From positions 22,630,001-22,694,000 of the forward strand of contig OX597827.1 of assembly GCA_951406725.2 (NCBI GenBank): a stretch of DNA of 64,000 nucleotides, in the 5' to 3' direction. A program made the translations under genes and the position numbers. Of the stretch, positions 13,140-27,105 are shown piece by piece. This stretch comes from Octopus vulgaris (Eukaryota). The notes under the pieces are model-generated. The model saw nothing but the letters and a program-made list of their open reading frames with translations, was not told where the DNA came from and did no database searches. Position 1 is the first letter of the stretch, and every line of letters begins with the position of its first letter.

Positions 13140-13583
13140 GGATCTTTTCGGTTTGAACGGCAGTTTTTTTCTAGCGGTGTCATATGAAATTGTCACCCAT
13201 AATTATGACCCTAGTATCGATCTATTGCATTTCAATCTATTTTAGGGTTAGGGTTAGTTAGGGTTAGTTAAGGTTATGGTTAGGGGTGGAGGGAAGGGTA
13301 TCTTTTTTTCTTCACAAATGTAAATAAACCCAATCTGTTTCTTAAACGAGAACATATTCATACGGCACAGAATGTTTTTTACCTTAATAGACGTCAGTGA
13401 TTGGTTGAAATTGCAGAAATTGAAGAAAAAAAAACAACAAATATTTTACAAACTATAGAATTTTCTCAATAAAGCCAAGAGAAAAAGATGTTTTATAAAC
13501 ACATTCTACGAGTATACGAAGTTTTAAATTGTTTAGTTACCTAGAAATTATGTTAAAAACTGCCGTTCAAACCGAAAAGATCC
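13140..13583 (+). mobile_element. Full-length TTAGGG-bearing MITE
   Basis: Both TIRs present; 8-bp TSD CATTAATA (13132-13139 and 13584-13591); degenerate TTAGGG run at ~13241-13285. Confidence 0.93.
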
Positions 13584-14121
13584 CATTAATATATTCATTA
13601 ATTTCATGTTTCCTTAACGACGTTGTTATGCAAGAAGCTTACAATTTCTGACGGAGGGAGCAAAGGAGTAGAAGAAGAAAAAACCGTTGAAAAGAGGCAA
13701 AGTTTGAAAACTGTGCTGCGGTCGCTCCCCTCGCTCCCCTATTAGCAACGCTGCAGTGATGCCCATCTATACCAAAAAAGGATCAGTCGTAATTTTATGC
13801 AAGAAGTGGACCCTTAACGTTTTATTTTTTTTTTTTTTAACAAAAAGAAGGTACATATAATGGAGTAGTTGAGGAAATTAAGATGAGTTGGTTACGGTTG
13901 GTGAAGCTTTCATCGTTAATCTGTTGGTGTGGACCGATATAGGGTTAAGCAAAAACGACATCGAAAATGTATCATCAATATGTAGGCGCTCGGTCTTCTA
14001 GAAATAACAACCAAATATCCCTCAGTTCATAATTATAGTGTTTCGCAATACGGACGTCCAGGAAACAATATGAAATTGCGCGCGTCTGTAGTATTGGTTG
14101 TGACTTCGAAGTTTTGCTTCT

Positions 14122-14430
14122 ATCTAATTACTTGTCTCCCCCTAAATCAGGCATAACTTGGCCATCGGTCGGCTTACAACACCGTTCTTCGTCTTAAGTT
14201 TTCTTGGGAGAGTATGTTTGTTAACTTGACAACAAGGTGGAGGTGAGTTCTGATTGGATGTATGCAAATGTATTCGTTATATGGGGGTCCGGAACTCTCG
14301 TGGGAAAAGATAATTTCGCCTCGGGCCTCGTCATATTGCAAGTTTTCCAGTTAGAAATACAATGAGTACCTGTTATACTCGTGGGTCTTTTCTTGTGGTG
14401 GGGTGAGTTGGGTGTTGTACTGGTGGAAAT
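14122..14430. repeat. Dispersed repeat of unknown class, related to 25190-25440
   Basis: Shares ATCTAATTACTT...CTAAATCAGGCATAAC...CAACACCGTTCTTCGTCTT...GTGAGTTCTGATTGG with the 25190 region. Confidence 0.6.
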
Positions 14431-14610
14431 TGGTGCAATAAAATTAATTTTTGTTTTCAGATGCTTTTTTTTTTCACTTCGAAATCACTATTAAATTAGA
14501 TGAAATATCTAACCACACATGTAGCGAGTCCTTTCATTTAATCTTCAATGGTCTGAAGCTCATCTCCCTCCCTCTCTCTCTCTCTCTATCTATCTATCTG
14601 TCTGTCTCTC

Positions 14611-14660
<50 letters not shown>

Positions 14661-16059
14661 GGTGTGGGTGTGTGTGTGTACGTACACAATACCCGTACAT
14701 ACATACATACATGCATACAGACAGACAGACAGACAGAGAGATCGGCAGGCAGGCAGACAGACAGACAAGCAGACAGACAAGCAGACAGACAAGCAGGCAG
14801 GCAGACAGCCATGTACCTGTCGACTTCGAAATTGATTGTGTGAAATGTATCTGGTCAATTTGTTTTGATTGACGACTGCAACATGTGACTTGGTTGTTAG
14901 CGTGGAAGGAGGAAGGGGAGGGATTAGAGAGAGGGGAGAGGGGATCGTGACAGAGGTGAGGGAAGGGGAGGAGGAAGAGCTAGAAGAGATTCAGTGAGCA
15001 GGGCGGAGGGAAGAAACTAACTCAATGAAAGTGTCTCTATGATGTTGCCAGAAATAGTAGCCAACTCTAGCCTAGTCACGCTTCTGTCTTAAGAGTAATC
15101 GTTGATGGCCACGGCTGGAATGCCTTTGACGACACGTCTACTCAGTCAGGATTGACCTGAGGCTGAACGGCAACGAGTGAAAGAGAAGGTGAGGAAGAAG
15201 GAGCAGGAGATACACGTCTAAGTAAGATGATGATGAAGGTGGTGGTGGTGGTGGTTGGTTGGTGGTGGTGGTGAAGAAGATGAGAAGGGTGGGAGGAGTC
15301 ATGAGTAGATAACTGAAGGGAGTGGTGGAGTAGGAGGGAGATTAACGAGGTTGACTTTTGTAGGAGAAGATGGAAGTAGGAGGAGAATGGGAGAACGATA
15401 GTTGCTGAGAGGGAGACATGAGAGATAGAGAGAGAGAGAGAGAGAGTGGGGGTGGCTATGACATGATGGAGAATGAAAGTGGGGGGAGGTAATGAAAGGA
15501 GAAGAGGAGGTTCCATAAAATAACATGAAGAATGAGGGGAAGTGGGAGGAAAGAAAGTTGTAGTGGGAGAGAGACTGTTATAAACGGTGGGAGTTAAGGA
15601 GAGAGAGAGGGGTAAATAGTCAGAGAGGAGAAAGGAGGAGGAGGAGGAGCAGGAAGAGGAGGGAGAGGTGGGGAAAGGCTACACACTCACTCTTGATCTT
15701 TTTATGGTGACCTCACCTACATAACATATCTTCCCGAAGATAAGCCTTCCCCATTAAGTTAATAAACTCATTTAGATCAGATTAACTGATAAATTAATTA
15801 ATTAATTAATTGATTAATTAATTAATAACTCTACACCATTAATGTAAAGCCCACAATACTACCACACGGTACGAGGGTATGCTTGGACACAAACATCGTA
15901 GACATCGTCCAAAGGTCACGTGACTTATTACTGGTTTCCAACTTAGCCGCAAGGGCAGCAATTTCGTGGGAAGCGGGGTACGTCGATTACATCAACCCCA
16001 CAGTATTCAACTGGTACCTATTTTTATCGACCACGAAAGGATGAAAAGCTAAGTCGACC

Positions 16060-16340
16060 TCAGCGACATGTAGCTTATTACCAAAGCTCGACTCACTCCA
16101 GTACACAATGTTCTACACTGTCCGCTCTCTCTTCCAATTATATAGCTACTACAACAGCCTCTGTTCCTCTCAACTAGCGAGCTGTATGACACTCTAAGAA
16201 CGACAACGATTGATGGTCCGGAACCGCTTGTAATCCTTACTAATTTACGAGCAGGATCTCCAAATTCCAGTTACCGTCAAACCCATTTACTTGTAACTTG
16301 TACAGCATAATATTAAGAAACTTGTGTTATCTATACAAAG
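16060..16340 (+). pseudogene. Decayed 3' end of a CR1/Jockey-group LINE
   Basis: Translates as VRSLFQLYSYYNSLCSSQLASCM, resembling the C-terminal SLSLFYRYYxGxCS.EL region of such LINEs. Confidence 0.45.
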
Positions 16341-16394
16341 GTACAAGTACCTGTATTTCATTTAATTATTTAAGTAAATTTTATTTTTTATATT

Positions 16395-16702
16395 TATGCG
16401 CCTTTTTCAATGCCTAGCCAGGCTTATGGGCCTGGTTTCCCGGTTTCTGAGGCGTATGTGTTCCCCATCCCCAGCTGGACTGGACGCCAGTCCATCGCAG
16501 CGTTACTCAAGAAACAGGAAGAGAGAGTGAGAGAAAGTTGAGGCGAAAGAGTACAACAGGGGTCGCCACCCCTCTGCCGGAGCCTCGCAGAGCTTTAGGT
16601 GTTTTCACTCAATAAACACACACAACGCCCGGTCTGGGAATCGAAACCGCGATCCTCCGACCGCGAGTCCGCTGCCCTAACCACTGGGCCATTGCACCTC
16701 CA
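16395..16702 (-). mobile_element. tRNA-derived SINE, family C
   Basis: Head GGAGGTGCAATGGCCCAGTGGTTAGGGCAGCGGACTCGCGGTCGGAGGATCGCGGTTTCGATTCCC with A and B boxes; related copies at 40513, 53865 and 57255. Confidence 0.85.
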
Positions 16703-16752
16703 ATTAAGTAAATTTAATGTTTCTTTAATTTAGAGTACGTTGATCGCTGGTT

Positions 16753-17140
16753 CGCGTGGCTGTGTAGTCAGAGGCTTGCGTCCTAACCACATGGTTCCAG
16801 GTTCAGTCCCACTGCATGGCACCTTGGGCAAGTGTCTTCTGCTATAGCCTCCGACCGACCAAAGCCTTATGAGTGGATTTGGTAGACGGAAACTGAAAGA
16901 AGCCTATCATGTGTGTGTGTGTGCGCGCGCTTGTGTTTATGTTTGTCCCCACACACACTTAACAACCGGTGCTGGTGTGTTTATGTCCCCATATCTAAGC
17001 GGTTCGGCAAAAAGAGACCGATAGAATACATACTAGGCTTTAAAGAAAAAATAAATACTGTGATCGATACATTCGACTAAAAATTCTTCAAGGTGGTGCC
17101 CCAGCATGGCCGCACTCTAATGACTGAAACAAGTAAAAGG
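16753..17140 (+). mobile_element. Full bipartite family A SINE
   Basis: tRNA head, CCTTGGGCAAGT core, internal (GT)n, and 3' half ending TGACTGAAACAAGTAAAAG. Confidence 0.85.
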
Positions 17141-17149
17141 TGAAAGGTT

Positions 17150-17226
<77 letters not shown>

Positions 17227-17406
17227 GGATAGATGGATAGAAAAAAAGTGGTGTAGGTTTTCGATCAAAAGGGATCGTAAAAGGGGAAAAAAGAAAAAAA
17301 GAAAAAAAAAGGAAAAGAAACAAAAGAAAGAAAACAGAAGAAAAAAGAGGAAAAACGGGGAAGAGGAAAAAAAACGATCAATAGGGATCGTGTATCACAG
17401 TGTCAT

Positions 17407-17497
<91 letters not shown>

Positions 17498-17507
17498 TTC
17501 AAAATGT

Positions 17508-17990
17508 AGCTACATATGGATCGTTGGCGATTTTTTTCCTCCATCTTCTTTTTCTCTTGACTTTCCTCTGTCTCCTGTTTCCGAAGACGAACTTTGCTCG
17601 AAACGTAAAACTAACTTTCTTTCCTTCTCTGAGCGTCTCCTAATACTTCACATGTACCACGTCCTCTCTTGTGTTTGCTTTATTTTCTTTGTTTTTTTTC
17701 TTCGTTTTTTATTAACTATATATATATGTATGTGTGTATTGCTTCTTCCATGGGTATGAGTAAGTATTTCATTTATTTCTTTGCCACATTTATCACTGAC
17801 GAAGGGAGGGTTCTTATGAACTAACCCTGAAATCGGTCCGTTATGGTAATAATGGAATTTTTTAGAAATTTCTGTCGACCTTTTTCGAGTAGCGTGCGTA
17901 TTGTGATAAATTGTATGGTTATGGACTATGTGTCTAATTTCGGCGTATTTGGCATTAGAAAATTTTTTCGTTTGCCCTTATTTATAAGTT

Positions 17991-18044
<54 letters not shown>

Positions 18045-18430
18045 GTAAATGTAATATGTGACAATTATTCGGTCGTGTGGATTTCCACCTCAGCATAATT
18101 GTCACATATTATATTTACAGATAAATTCCTCTATTTACATAATATCGAGGTCTCTTTCTTTCTTTTCTTATCTTACCGTTTTTATCAATATATATATAAT
18201 AACAAAATAATAAATAAAACATATGCATATATACATACATATATGTACGTACCTACATCTATATGTATATATACATGCATATATGGGTACAGGACACCAA
18301 AAAAAACGTCGAACACAATGAAAAACGAAAACATAAAAACAAGACATTTTTCTAAACAACACAATACAACACAAGGAAAATTCCCCTTCTTCAGTCGCCT
18401 CTGTTTCATCTACTCCGCGTTTCGAAGGTA
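17508..18430. mobile_element. Cluster of Penelope-like terminal-repeat remnants between microsatellites
   Basis: Hammerhead-like motifs at 17581-17610 and 17796-17838; fold-back at 18041-18122; segments recur at 44350-44580 and 61676-61797. Confidence 0.55.
17796..17838 (+). ncRNA. Minimal hammerhead ribozyme-like motif
   Basis: CTGACGA, helix II AGGG..GTTC/GAAC..CCCT, GAAA, TCG, GTC. Helix I and helix III are imperfect. Confidence 0.55.
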
Positions 18431-19329
18431 TATATATATATGACTTAATTGCTCAAAGTAAAGAAAAAGTACACTCTAAGAGAGAAACTGACCGCTTATT
18501 TTTTTTATATATTTTGCTAACAATATATTCCAGATTTTGGTCAGAATGTAGCTGTCGGTTTCGCGCCGACAATTGCACTTAGCAATATTGACAACACTTC
18601 GGAGATGTTGGCCAGAAGCGCATCGCTCCTGTTATGCTGGAGATTTATACAAATTATGGACGGCTGGATGTTGGTAAAATAAAAATAAAAATGGAACGAA
18701 ACATAGCGAAAAAATTATAGCATTTTCCGGGAGCAAAACAAGAGTTATTTTTCTGTAGAATGTTATTAGCAAGAGGTGAATCGCGTGCACACGTGTATGT
18801 GTACATATATGTTGTTCCCTTGTTCAAAAATGGACACGACCACGTCGCCATATTGATTTTCCGCTCATGAGAGTTTCATCCGAATTTTAGAAAAGCAACA
18901 GCATCGAGTGAATTTTTTAAAATGTTTCTCCTTTCTGCCAAGTAAATCTTACAAAGTCTATTTCCATTCAGATAGGGCCCAGATCGTCTCAATTACTCCC
19001 AGTTGACCTTGTACGGCGTTGCTCACTCCGCGTTTCATCACCATATGTTGCTGGCTAAGGTTGTAACACTGCATCTCTCTTGGAGAATCTGCCGGACCTT
19101 AAAGAGACCATCCGTTACTCCGCCATATTTCTGTATGTGTGTCGCTCCATAGTTGTCGGACGACGCCACCTCTGCTTCGTAGACTACGGCTTTTGTGTTG
19201 CATTGGCCACTCACTATTAACTCTACATGTCACCATTAACCCTACATGTCACCATTAACTCTACATGAGCACTCTTCCTCTGCCCGTGGCCTCAAATTAC
19301 ACTCAAATGTTTTGTTTTTATTCTAGGTG

Positions 19330-21675
19330 CACAACTGGATGAGACCCTGAATTTATAGCTATTGAGTATTTTCCTATACCCAGAGTCCTCTGTAAAATAT
19401 TTATCCTTTAATCTAAGGAAAACCCTTCCCACACAGGTCCTCGCGTTGAATGAGGAAGGGAAGAAGCAATTGAGATTATTTTTCGGCGGCGCTTTGCTGA
19501 AATCTTGTTATAACTGGAAACCGCGGTTCAGAAACATCTTTATTCGAGAATAGAAGCGAAATCCTTCCTACAGACACATCTACAGGGTTTCTAAAAGCAC
19601 TATAGGAGAGTGGCGAGAGGTTGCGTTGTAGGACAGCCTTTCGTTTGCAGTTGGGACTGTATGAACCCGTGCCTAAATCGGGAGGTAATTTCACATGGTA
19701 AGGTTGGTCTCAGTAGTAACCTTAAACTTTCGGGGGTTAAGAGTGTAGGTCAGAGCTTTTCTAAGCCGGTCTGGAGTGTTCACGCCTCTAGACGTGGCTT
19801 AAGAGTAGTCTCTATATAGGCCAAAGCAAGTAGAAGGCATTTCGTATCTGGGCTGTCAAATCTAAAGAGACCTATCAAGTCGCAGATATCCACAATGTAG
19901 AATACCCCATCGCCTCGTCGAAGGAGCCTCCTGAAGCTGTTTTGTTTGACCCAAACCGAACCTTTATTGAATACCTGATTTTTCCTGGCGTGCAATATTA
20001 TCAGCGATGGGGATATACATATCCACTTTGCTAATCTAAGTAAACGCCTTAGCGAAATTAAGTGCCCTACATAACAACCCTTTCGACATAGATGGGTAAG
20101 AGTCCTCTATATCGAATTGGATAAACCTTATTCTTCCCCTACTCTGATTTGCCTTAAACCACGATATTATTTCATTTGTGTTACTCCATAAGGGGGAACA
20201 AGATGCCTTCCCTGTGTCATCGATTACTTTCTTCAGTATATATTAGGTCACCTGACTAGTCTCCGATTTTGCCCGGTTAATTAGGCGTACTTGGGGAAGG
20301 TGGAAAAATCCGGCTCGATCTTTAATTGTTGTAAAAGCATTTCTCTTAGTCAAGGTTTCAACCCTGTCTACTAAAACACTACGTAACTGTTTGGGGAGGA
20401 ACCTCCCGATAGTTTTACTATCTTGGTATCTATTCTTCATATGTTTTTAGTTTTATCTGAGAAAAGTAAAGATCTATCTGAATATTTAAATAAACGTTTA
20501 TCAGAAATAAGCTTGCACTTGAAGGAGCTCTTTCAGTTTCTAGAATATACCCAGGAGGCTTGCTTCCAAGGCCTCCAATTAAATTACATATTAGCAGAGA
20601 TACCCGGCGTTGTTCGGGATTAAAATGACATAGTTTGTATATATGTCACAGTTATGTTGAAACAGGTGATACGGGAAAGTGCAGTATTGACAACAAAACA
20701 TCTGTGGAGTAAATGATGGGCTAATTCGACTAAGCGACATGTCATGCCCCTGTTTGGAATATTCCAGGCCCTAACCTGTCATGGAAATTGAGGGTGGGGG
20801 TATGTGATTTTTGAACGCACCGAAAAGCTGTCAGTGGATATACTCTCCTTTGCAGAGTCTGAAGTTTTGATATCTCCTTCGGGTTTGTTGTCCTACATTA
20901 TTCACGAAGTAAATTTGGAGGAAGTGTAGTTGTTCATTTGTGGGTAACAGGGAACCCCCTTGAACTTTGAACGTTGGCGTAAATCCATATTCGGCACCAA
21001 ACAATGTCATTTGAAATGCAGAGTTGTATTGCCTGATATTGTTCAGAAAATCCCTTGAGTGGATGAAAGTGCCTTCCAGAAAATCTGTAAGAGGTTGAAG
21101 AGGACCTGGTAGCGCTGGCAATATTACCTTACTGCCAGAGCAGCGCATGCCATTAGTTTCATTTGGAAATTTTGGGAAAGCCTTATCTCACTTCTGTATT
21201 AAGACTCGATCTGACGTGCTGCAGCATGTTTTTGCTGATCTTGAGAAAGTCTCATCTCCTTTCTCGCTTAAGACTCTCGCCCTCTGTTTTCTACAATCCT
21301 CCTTGTTTTATAGTTGTTTCTGGAGAGATTACATCTTTTCTTTGGAGGCATCTTTCAATATTGTAAGCAAAAAATTATGAACATAGAAAAAATTATACAT
21401 TAATCTCTATTTTTGTAAGCAGTTGTATGTATGTAGTACAAACAATATAATAGCGTTATCAAAAGTGAAAGAATAAAAGTGAAACAATATTATACCGCTG
21501 AAAAAAAAATCGGAAGGGTCGAATAGCGAGGGCTATAGCCCCCTATATGGGCAAGAGCCAAAGTTTTACCCACCCACCCACACTCGGCCTTCCTCGAGTA
21601 AAGAAAAACCTTCATGCCAAATTTGGTGCAGATTGATCCAGCGGTTTGGTCGTGCATAGAGGAAACAAGCGCGCG

Positions 21676-21709
<34 letters not shown>

Positions 21710-22030
21710 TACACACACACAGTGAATTTTATAATATATCAGATATATTTTATCTTAAGTGGGAATCTTTTACTCATGGCTATAGAAATTGAACTCTGGG
21801 GGTGAAACGTGCTTGGTTATAAAAGAAGGCTTTCCATCTCGCGCCTGATGAGGTTTGTGATTTCTCTCAAGGAGCGTCTTCATGCAGAATTCGTTATGCA
21901 GCGTTGGTATGTTTTTAGTAGAGTGTGTCCGAAGTCTGTGACTCCATATCCGCTAAGAGAATATAAGGCAAATCCTTTCGTGACTATCTATAAGCGCACA
22001 ACCGGAAAAAAAAAACATCAGTAAAACACA
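19330..22030 (-). pseudogene. Degenerate Penelope-like element (RT region), split by a Helitron
   Basis: Minus-strand motifs RWKAFFYN (~21820), AFTTIKD...VRLINRAKSE, RFIQFDIEDSYPS and ILHARKNQVFN...WVKQ, typical of PLE reverse transcriptases. Many stops and deletions. Confidence 0.75.
20591..21743 (-). mobile_element. Internally deleted Helitron
   Basis: 5' TC, 3' hairpin CCCGAACAACGCCGGG followed by CTAA, inserted at A|T. RepHel N-terminal fragment 20831-21148 (FLNNIRQYNSAFQMT...PTFKVQG...GSLLP...FLQIYF). Confidence 0.85.
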
Positions 22031-22329
22031 AACCACGTGATGGTATGTTGCAATACATGCTTCACCCATGGCTAACATCAATCCATGGGAAATAACTTTT
22101 TTTTCTCCCAGAAAATGTTACAATTTTTCTCACTGTTTCGTTCCATTTCTTGTTCCCAACACCGAGACATCCAGAGTCTATAGAATAGTATTTAAAAAAA
22201 AGGCTATGCACTTCCGGCGAACATCTCTGAAGAGTCTTCAATATCGCCTGAGTGCAATTGTCAGCACGAAACTGACGGTGTCATTCTGACCACTTAAATG
22301 CCATAAACAGTAATATAGTGCAAGACAAG

Positions 22330-22404
<75 letters not shown>

Positions 22405-22566
22405 AAATGGGATCTATGTATATGAAACGAACAAAATCGCACAGTATGTACCACATACATGAGCATATCAGCACATACCTTGCACATAAACACACACATT
22501 ATATAACATATACACGTTTATATTTGCCACATACATGAACATACAACGAATATATTACATTGACAA

Positions 22567-22965
22567 GGCGGCGAGGAGCTGGCAGAAACATTATCACGCC
22601 GGGCGAAATGCTTAGCGGTATTTCGTCTGTCTTTACGTTCTGAGTTCAGATTCCGCCGTGGTCGACTTTGCCTTTCATCCTTTCGGGTTCGATAAATTAA
22701 GTACCAGTTACGCACTGGGGTCGATATAATCGACTTAATCCGTTTGTCTGTCCTTGTTTGTCCCCTTTGTGTGTAGCCCCTTGTGGGTAGTAAAGAAATA
22801 GGTATTTCGTCTGTCTTTACGTTCTGAGTTCAGATTCCACCGTGGTCGATTTTGCCTTTCATCTTTTCGGGGTCGATAAATTAAGTACCAGTTGCGTACT
22901 GGGGTCGATCTAATCGACTAGCCCCCTCCCCCAAAATTTAGGGCCTTGTGCCTAGAGTAGAAAAT
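22567..22965 (+). mobile_element. Family B SINE with internal duplication of the body
   Basis: Body repeated at ~22617 and ~22801; ~18-bp TSD AATAT(A/G)TTACATTG(A/G)CAA at 22549-22566 and 22966-22983. Confidence 0.88.
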
Positions 22966-23299
22966 AATATGTTACATTGGCAAATGCAGTATATATCATA
23001 CAGACACACACACACACACACATGATATTAATAGACACACACATACAGTATATGATACGTATATGGATACAATAGCATATACTTCATACATAAGCACACA
23101 CTGTCACCTGCACTCATGGGTACACAAACACACAGACACAACACTACACCAAACCACCCCCACACGGCACCATATTACAAGAGCCTCACACACACACCTC
23201 CAACACCCTACAACACCAAACCAAGCTGTGCGGCGACACAACGCCCCAACGAGATGTCGGAAGGGCAAGAGGCTTTGCAAGGGTTTCTCTGCGTGTCTA

Positions 23300-23377
23300 G
23301 CTATATGGGCGTGCGTGTGTAGATGTGTATGTGCTTGTATGTATGTGCATGTATGCATATACATGTTTGTCTGTCTG

Positions 23378-23428
<51 letters not shown>

Positions 23429-23641
23429 GTGTATATATGTGTGTATATATATATATATAGGTGTGTATGTATGCATACATGTGCATGTATGTATATATGT
23501 GTATATGTGTATGTGTATGTGTGTATGTGTGCATATGTGTGTGTATATATGTATGTATGAATGTATGTGTATGTATGCATATATATATATTTATATACAT
23601 ACGTATATGTGAATGTATGTATATGTGTGTGTGTGCATATG

Positions 23642-23710
<69 letters not shown>

Positions 23711-23984
23711 ATATGTGTATGTGTTTGTAAGCAATATGTGCTTAATGTGAATACGTGCGTGAATTTATATCTGTGTGTGTATATGTGTGAGCGTGACTGC
23801 GGGATGCGTGTGCCTATGTATATATGTGTGTATGTATATGCATGTGTGTGTGTGTGTGTGTGTTAGTGGTTGTAAATATCTCAAATCTCTGTGTTTCAAT
23901 GTGTGTGTATGTCAACGTATGTGTGTGTTTCTGTATGTTTGTATGTACTAGTATCTCATTGTATGTGTGCGTATATGTCTGTAC

Positions 23985-24059
<75 letters not shown>

Positions 24060-24077
24060 TGCATATATATATGTACA

Positions 24078-24123
<46 letters not shown>

Positions 24124-24277
24124 TACACACACACACACACGTATATAACTTAGCGTGTGTGTGTGTCTGTGTGTGTCTGCGGCATCCCTATAAACTCCAT
24201 GAAGAAATCTGTAAAGTTCTTTTACACAGATTTGTTGACGTCTGCTGTCTTCCAGTTTTCCAGTCTTCTTCTTTTAC

Positions 24278-24341
<64 letters not shown>

Positions 24342-24590
24342 CTTCTTCTTCTTCTTCTTCTTCTAACATTATCTCCATTTTCTACTGTTCCACTCACACC
24401 TTTTTATCCAACCACCGCCACTACCAGCACCACCAGCACCCTCACCACCACCACCACCCTACAACCATTACCCCATCACTACCTCCACCATCACCACCGT
24501 CACCATCACCAACAACAACTCCACAACCATCACCCTCACCATCATGATCAACATAACATCTACAACCACCACCACCACCACCACAACTAT
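23300..24590. repeat. Compound microsatellite field (TA, GT, CT, CA, CAT, CTT, CAC)
   Basis: Direct reading. Confidence 0.93.
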
Positions 24591-26009
24591 TACAACTCTA
24601 CCTTTATAGTAAAAAAACATTACCTTTTAGTCATAATCTTAACCCTGAACAAACGGGATGATCATGTCCGGAATGCCTTTCATCATAGATTTACTTAAAC
24701 GGGGTTGCCTTATGATAAAGCCACACCAGTGGCAATATACCAACGGTGTGGACCTAACCCTAACCCGTTTACTACCATCATCTTCTTGCTCTTTGTGTAC
24801 TTTTAGCAGGGCCAGCCCTTGGGTTACTGGCTTCCCGGGCGCGAATTTTTTCCCACGAGAGTTCTGGATCCCTGTTATGAACTCATTTGCATACAGTCAA
24901 TCAGGGCTGAACTATCAAACTGATTTATGAGCGCATAACAAGTGATGGGCGATAAGATAAGGTCACATGGGTAAGGAATGACCAGGCTTCTCTTCTCTTT
25001 TAAGAATGCTTGTTGTTCTTGTTCTTGTTTCAACCATGGCTGCCTCTGCGTAGTTATTTGTCTTGTTGTTTACTTTGTAAAACAGTAAGGGAAGAGGGTT
25101 GATAGCACATCACCCTCTATCCACATTTTCCCCATCCACACCTTTAACATATGGGGCCCTAACACAATCCGATAATAGGTATAGATGCAAATCTAATTAC
25201 TTATCTCCTTCTAAAATCAGGCATAACATGGCGACGATCGTTCGACTTGCAACACCGTTCTTCGTCTTGAGTTTACTTGGGAGAGTGTGTTTGTTAACTT
25301 GACAACAAGGTGAAGGTGAGTTCTGATTGGCTGTATGCAAATGAGTTCAATACTGGGGGGCGGCGCGGAACTCCTGTGGGAAAACATTTCGCGTCCCGGG
25401 CAAGCTGAACTTCGACGTGAAAATTTCCTTGTCTTTGTCACGTGGACCGGCAGCGAGGCGACTTTCCGATGCCCGGTCGAGTGGGAGGGTACCGCGGTGA
25501 GCATGAAAGCCGCGGGCACGATCCCAGGTGAAACCGACCGCGGGTGCATATCTCGGTGGTAATGTACCTGATAATGTAACTGCCGACTGGGAGGAGAGAA
25601 CCGAGCTGTCTTGTACAAGGCGAACTGTAGTAAATCGTGTGTGAGTGTCCGGAGTTGTTTCTTGCTCGAGGTGGTCTGTCCGAGTGCCTGAAGTTATCTG
25701 GTCTTCTGTGAGTGTCCAAGGTGGTCTTCATGAATGCCTGAGGTCGAGTATGCAAATGACCGAGACCATCTGTCCTAGCGGTTCGTTGAGGCTCTCTGGC
25801 TAAGTTAGATACCAAATGGCTCTTATAGGTTAAAAAGGAGGAAGGAGGCGAATTTTACATTATCCGTGGAGCCATATCACACCACAGCTTCCTGCTGATT
25901 GGCCAATTTATAGATCAATCACGTGAAGCTGTGGCAGATTAATCGTGATTCCTAACTAAATGTCTTACGGTTGGGGTTCGAACCCCTACGATTGCTTGAA
26001 TGCATTTAT

Positions 26010-26600
26010 CCAGGTTCACCACGAAAAACCCCTTGTGGTGACTGAAGAGCAGGCAGGAGAGAAGCAAGGAGTCTGGGGCTGTACAAAACAGCTCCTCATC
26101 AACAAAGTTGTCCTTAAAAGGAAGCGAAACAGCATTGCTGAAACCTGTTGACTGTGTATGACTAGATGATAAGAAGATGCTTGACTCTGTTCCTCACTTA
26201 TGATTAATAGAATCACTCTGCCTTGCTAAGGTTCCAGCTGTTGTAGTTGATGCCATTAAGAGGCTGGCAACAATATGGTCCACAGAGTTATCATTTAGAA
26301 CTGACGATACCACACCACAGTCAATTACAGAATTGGGTTGCCAATAGGAATATCTCAGGGAACGGCGTGCTCTAATGCCTTTTTTGTCCTAACAGTGATC
26401 CCCTTGTCAACCCTGTAAACGAAATGCAACTTCATGATAGGTTCCACTGATGAAAGACAGATTAGTTTCACCCACACCTTATTTGTTGATGACCTTAAGT
26501 TGTAACCAAGTGATATTCACGACAACAAGAGACAGAACTGGTCAAAACATTCTCAAGAGACATTGGCAGAATAAACTTCCATAAATTATTTGGCCTTCCG
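26010..26600 (+). pseudogene. RT fragment of an RLE-type non-LTR retrotransposon
   Basis: TEEQAGEKQGVWGCTKQLLINK, LDDKKMLDSVPH (equivalent to LDYKKAFDSVPH) and HTLFVDDLKL, with frameshifts. Confidence 0.8.
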
Positions 26601-26885
26601 TCGGTTACAATGACGCGTGTTACAGCTGATCCGATCAGCGGAACAACCTGCTCGAAAATGAATGTACAGTGGCTGAGCACTCCACAGACACGCGTACCCT
26701 TAACGTCGTTTTCAAGGAGAATCAGCGTGACATAGAATGCGACAAGGCAGACCCTTTCAAATGCAGGTACAAATTGTGCTAGCTGACGTAATGTGAAATA
26801 AAGTGTCTTGTCCAAGAACACAACGCGTTGCTAGGTTTCGAACTGACGCCATTACTATACACTCACCATTAAGTCACACACCTTC
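26595..26885 (-). mobile_element. SINE, family D
   Basis: Reverse complement matches 41423-41710 (CTTG(G/A)(A/G)CAAGACAC.TTATTTCA...GTC.(G/A)TGGAG..CTCAGCCACT). Confidence 0.7.
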
Positions 26886-27105
26886 ATAATTTTCGTACTC
26901 AAACGAATAAAAGGTTGTTGACCAGGCAAAGAATATGGATATCAATGACCAGTCTATCTTCTCTATCACCAATGGCGAATGTTACAGAAGCCTGATAATC
27001 GACAAGAATGTTGCTCGCTGGTTGTGTAAGTAAAACTTTCAGAAAGACAAAAGAATACTTCGATAGACTTTGGAAAATATGGAAATGAGGACCGTCTGCA
27101 TTCTA

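Noticed and set aside
13241-13285. Telomere or chromosome-fusion scar
   Set aside because: The TTAGGG runs are short and sit at a fixed position inside a TSD-flanked MITE.
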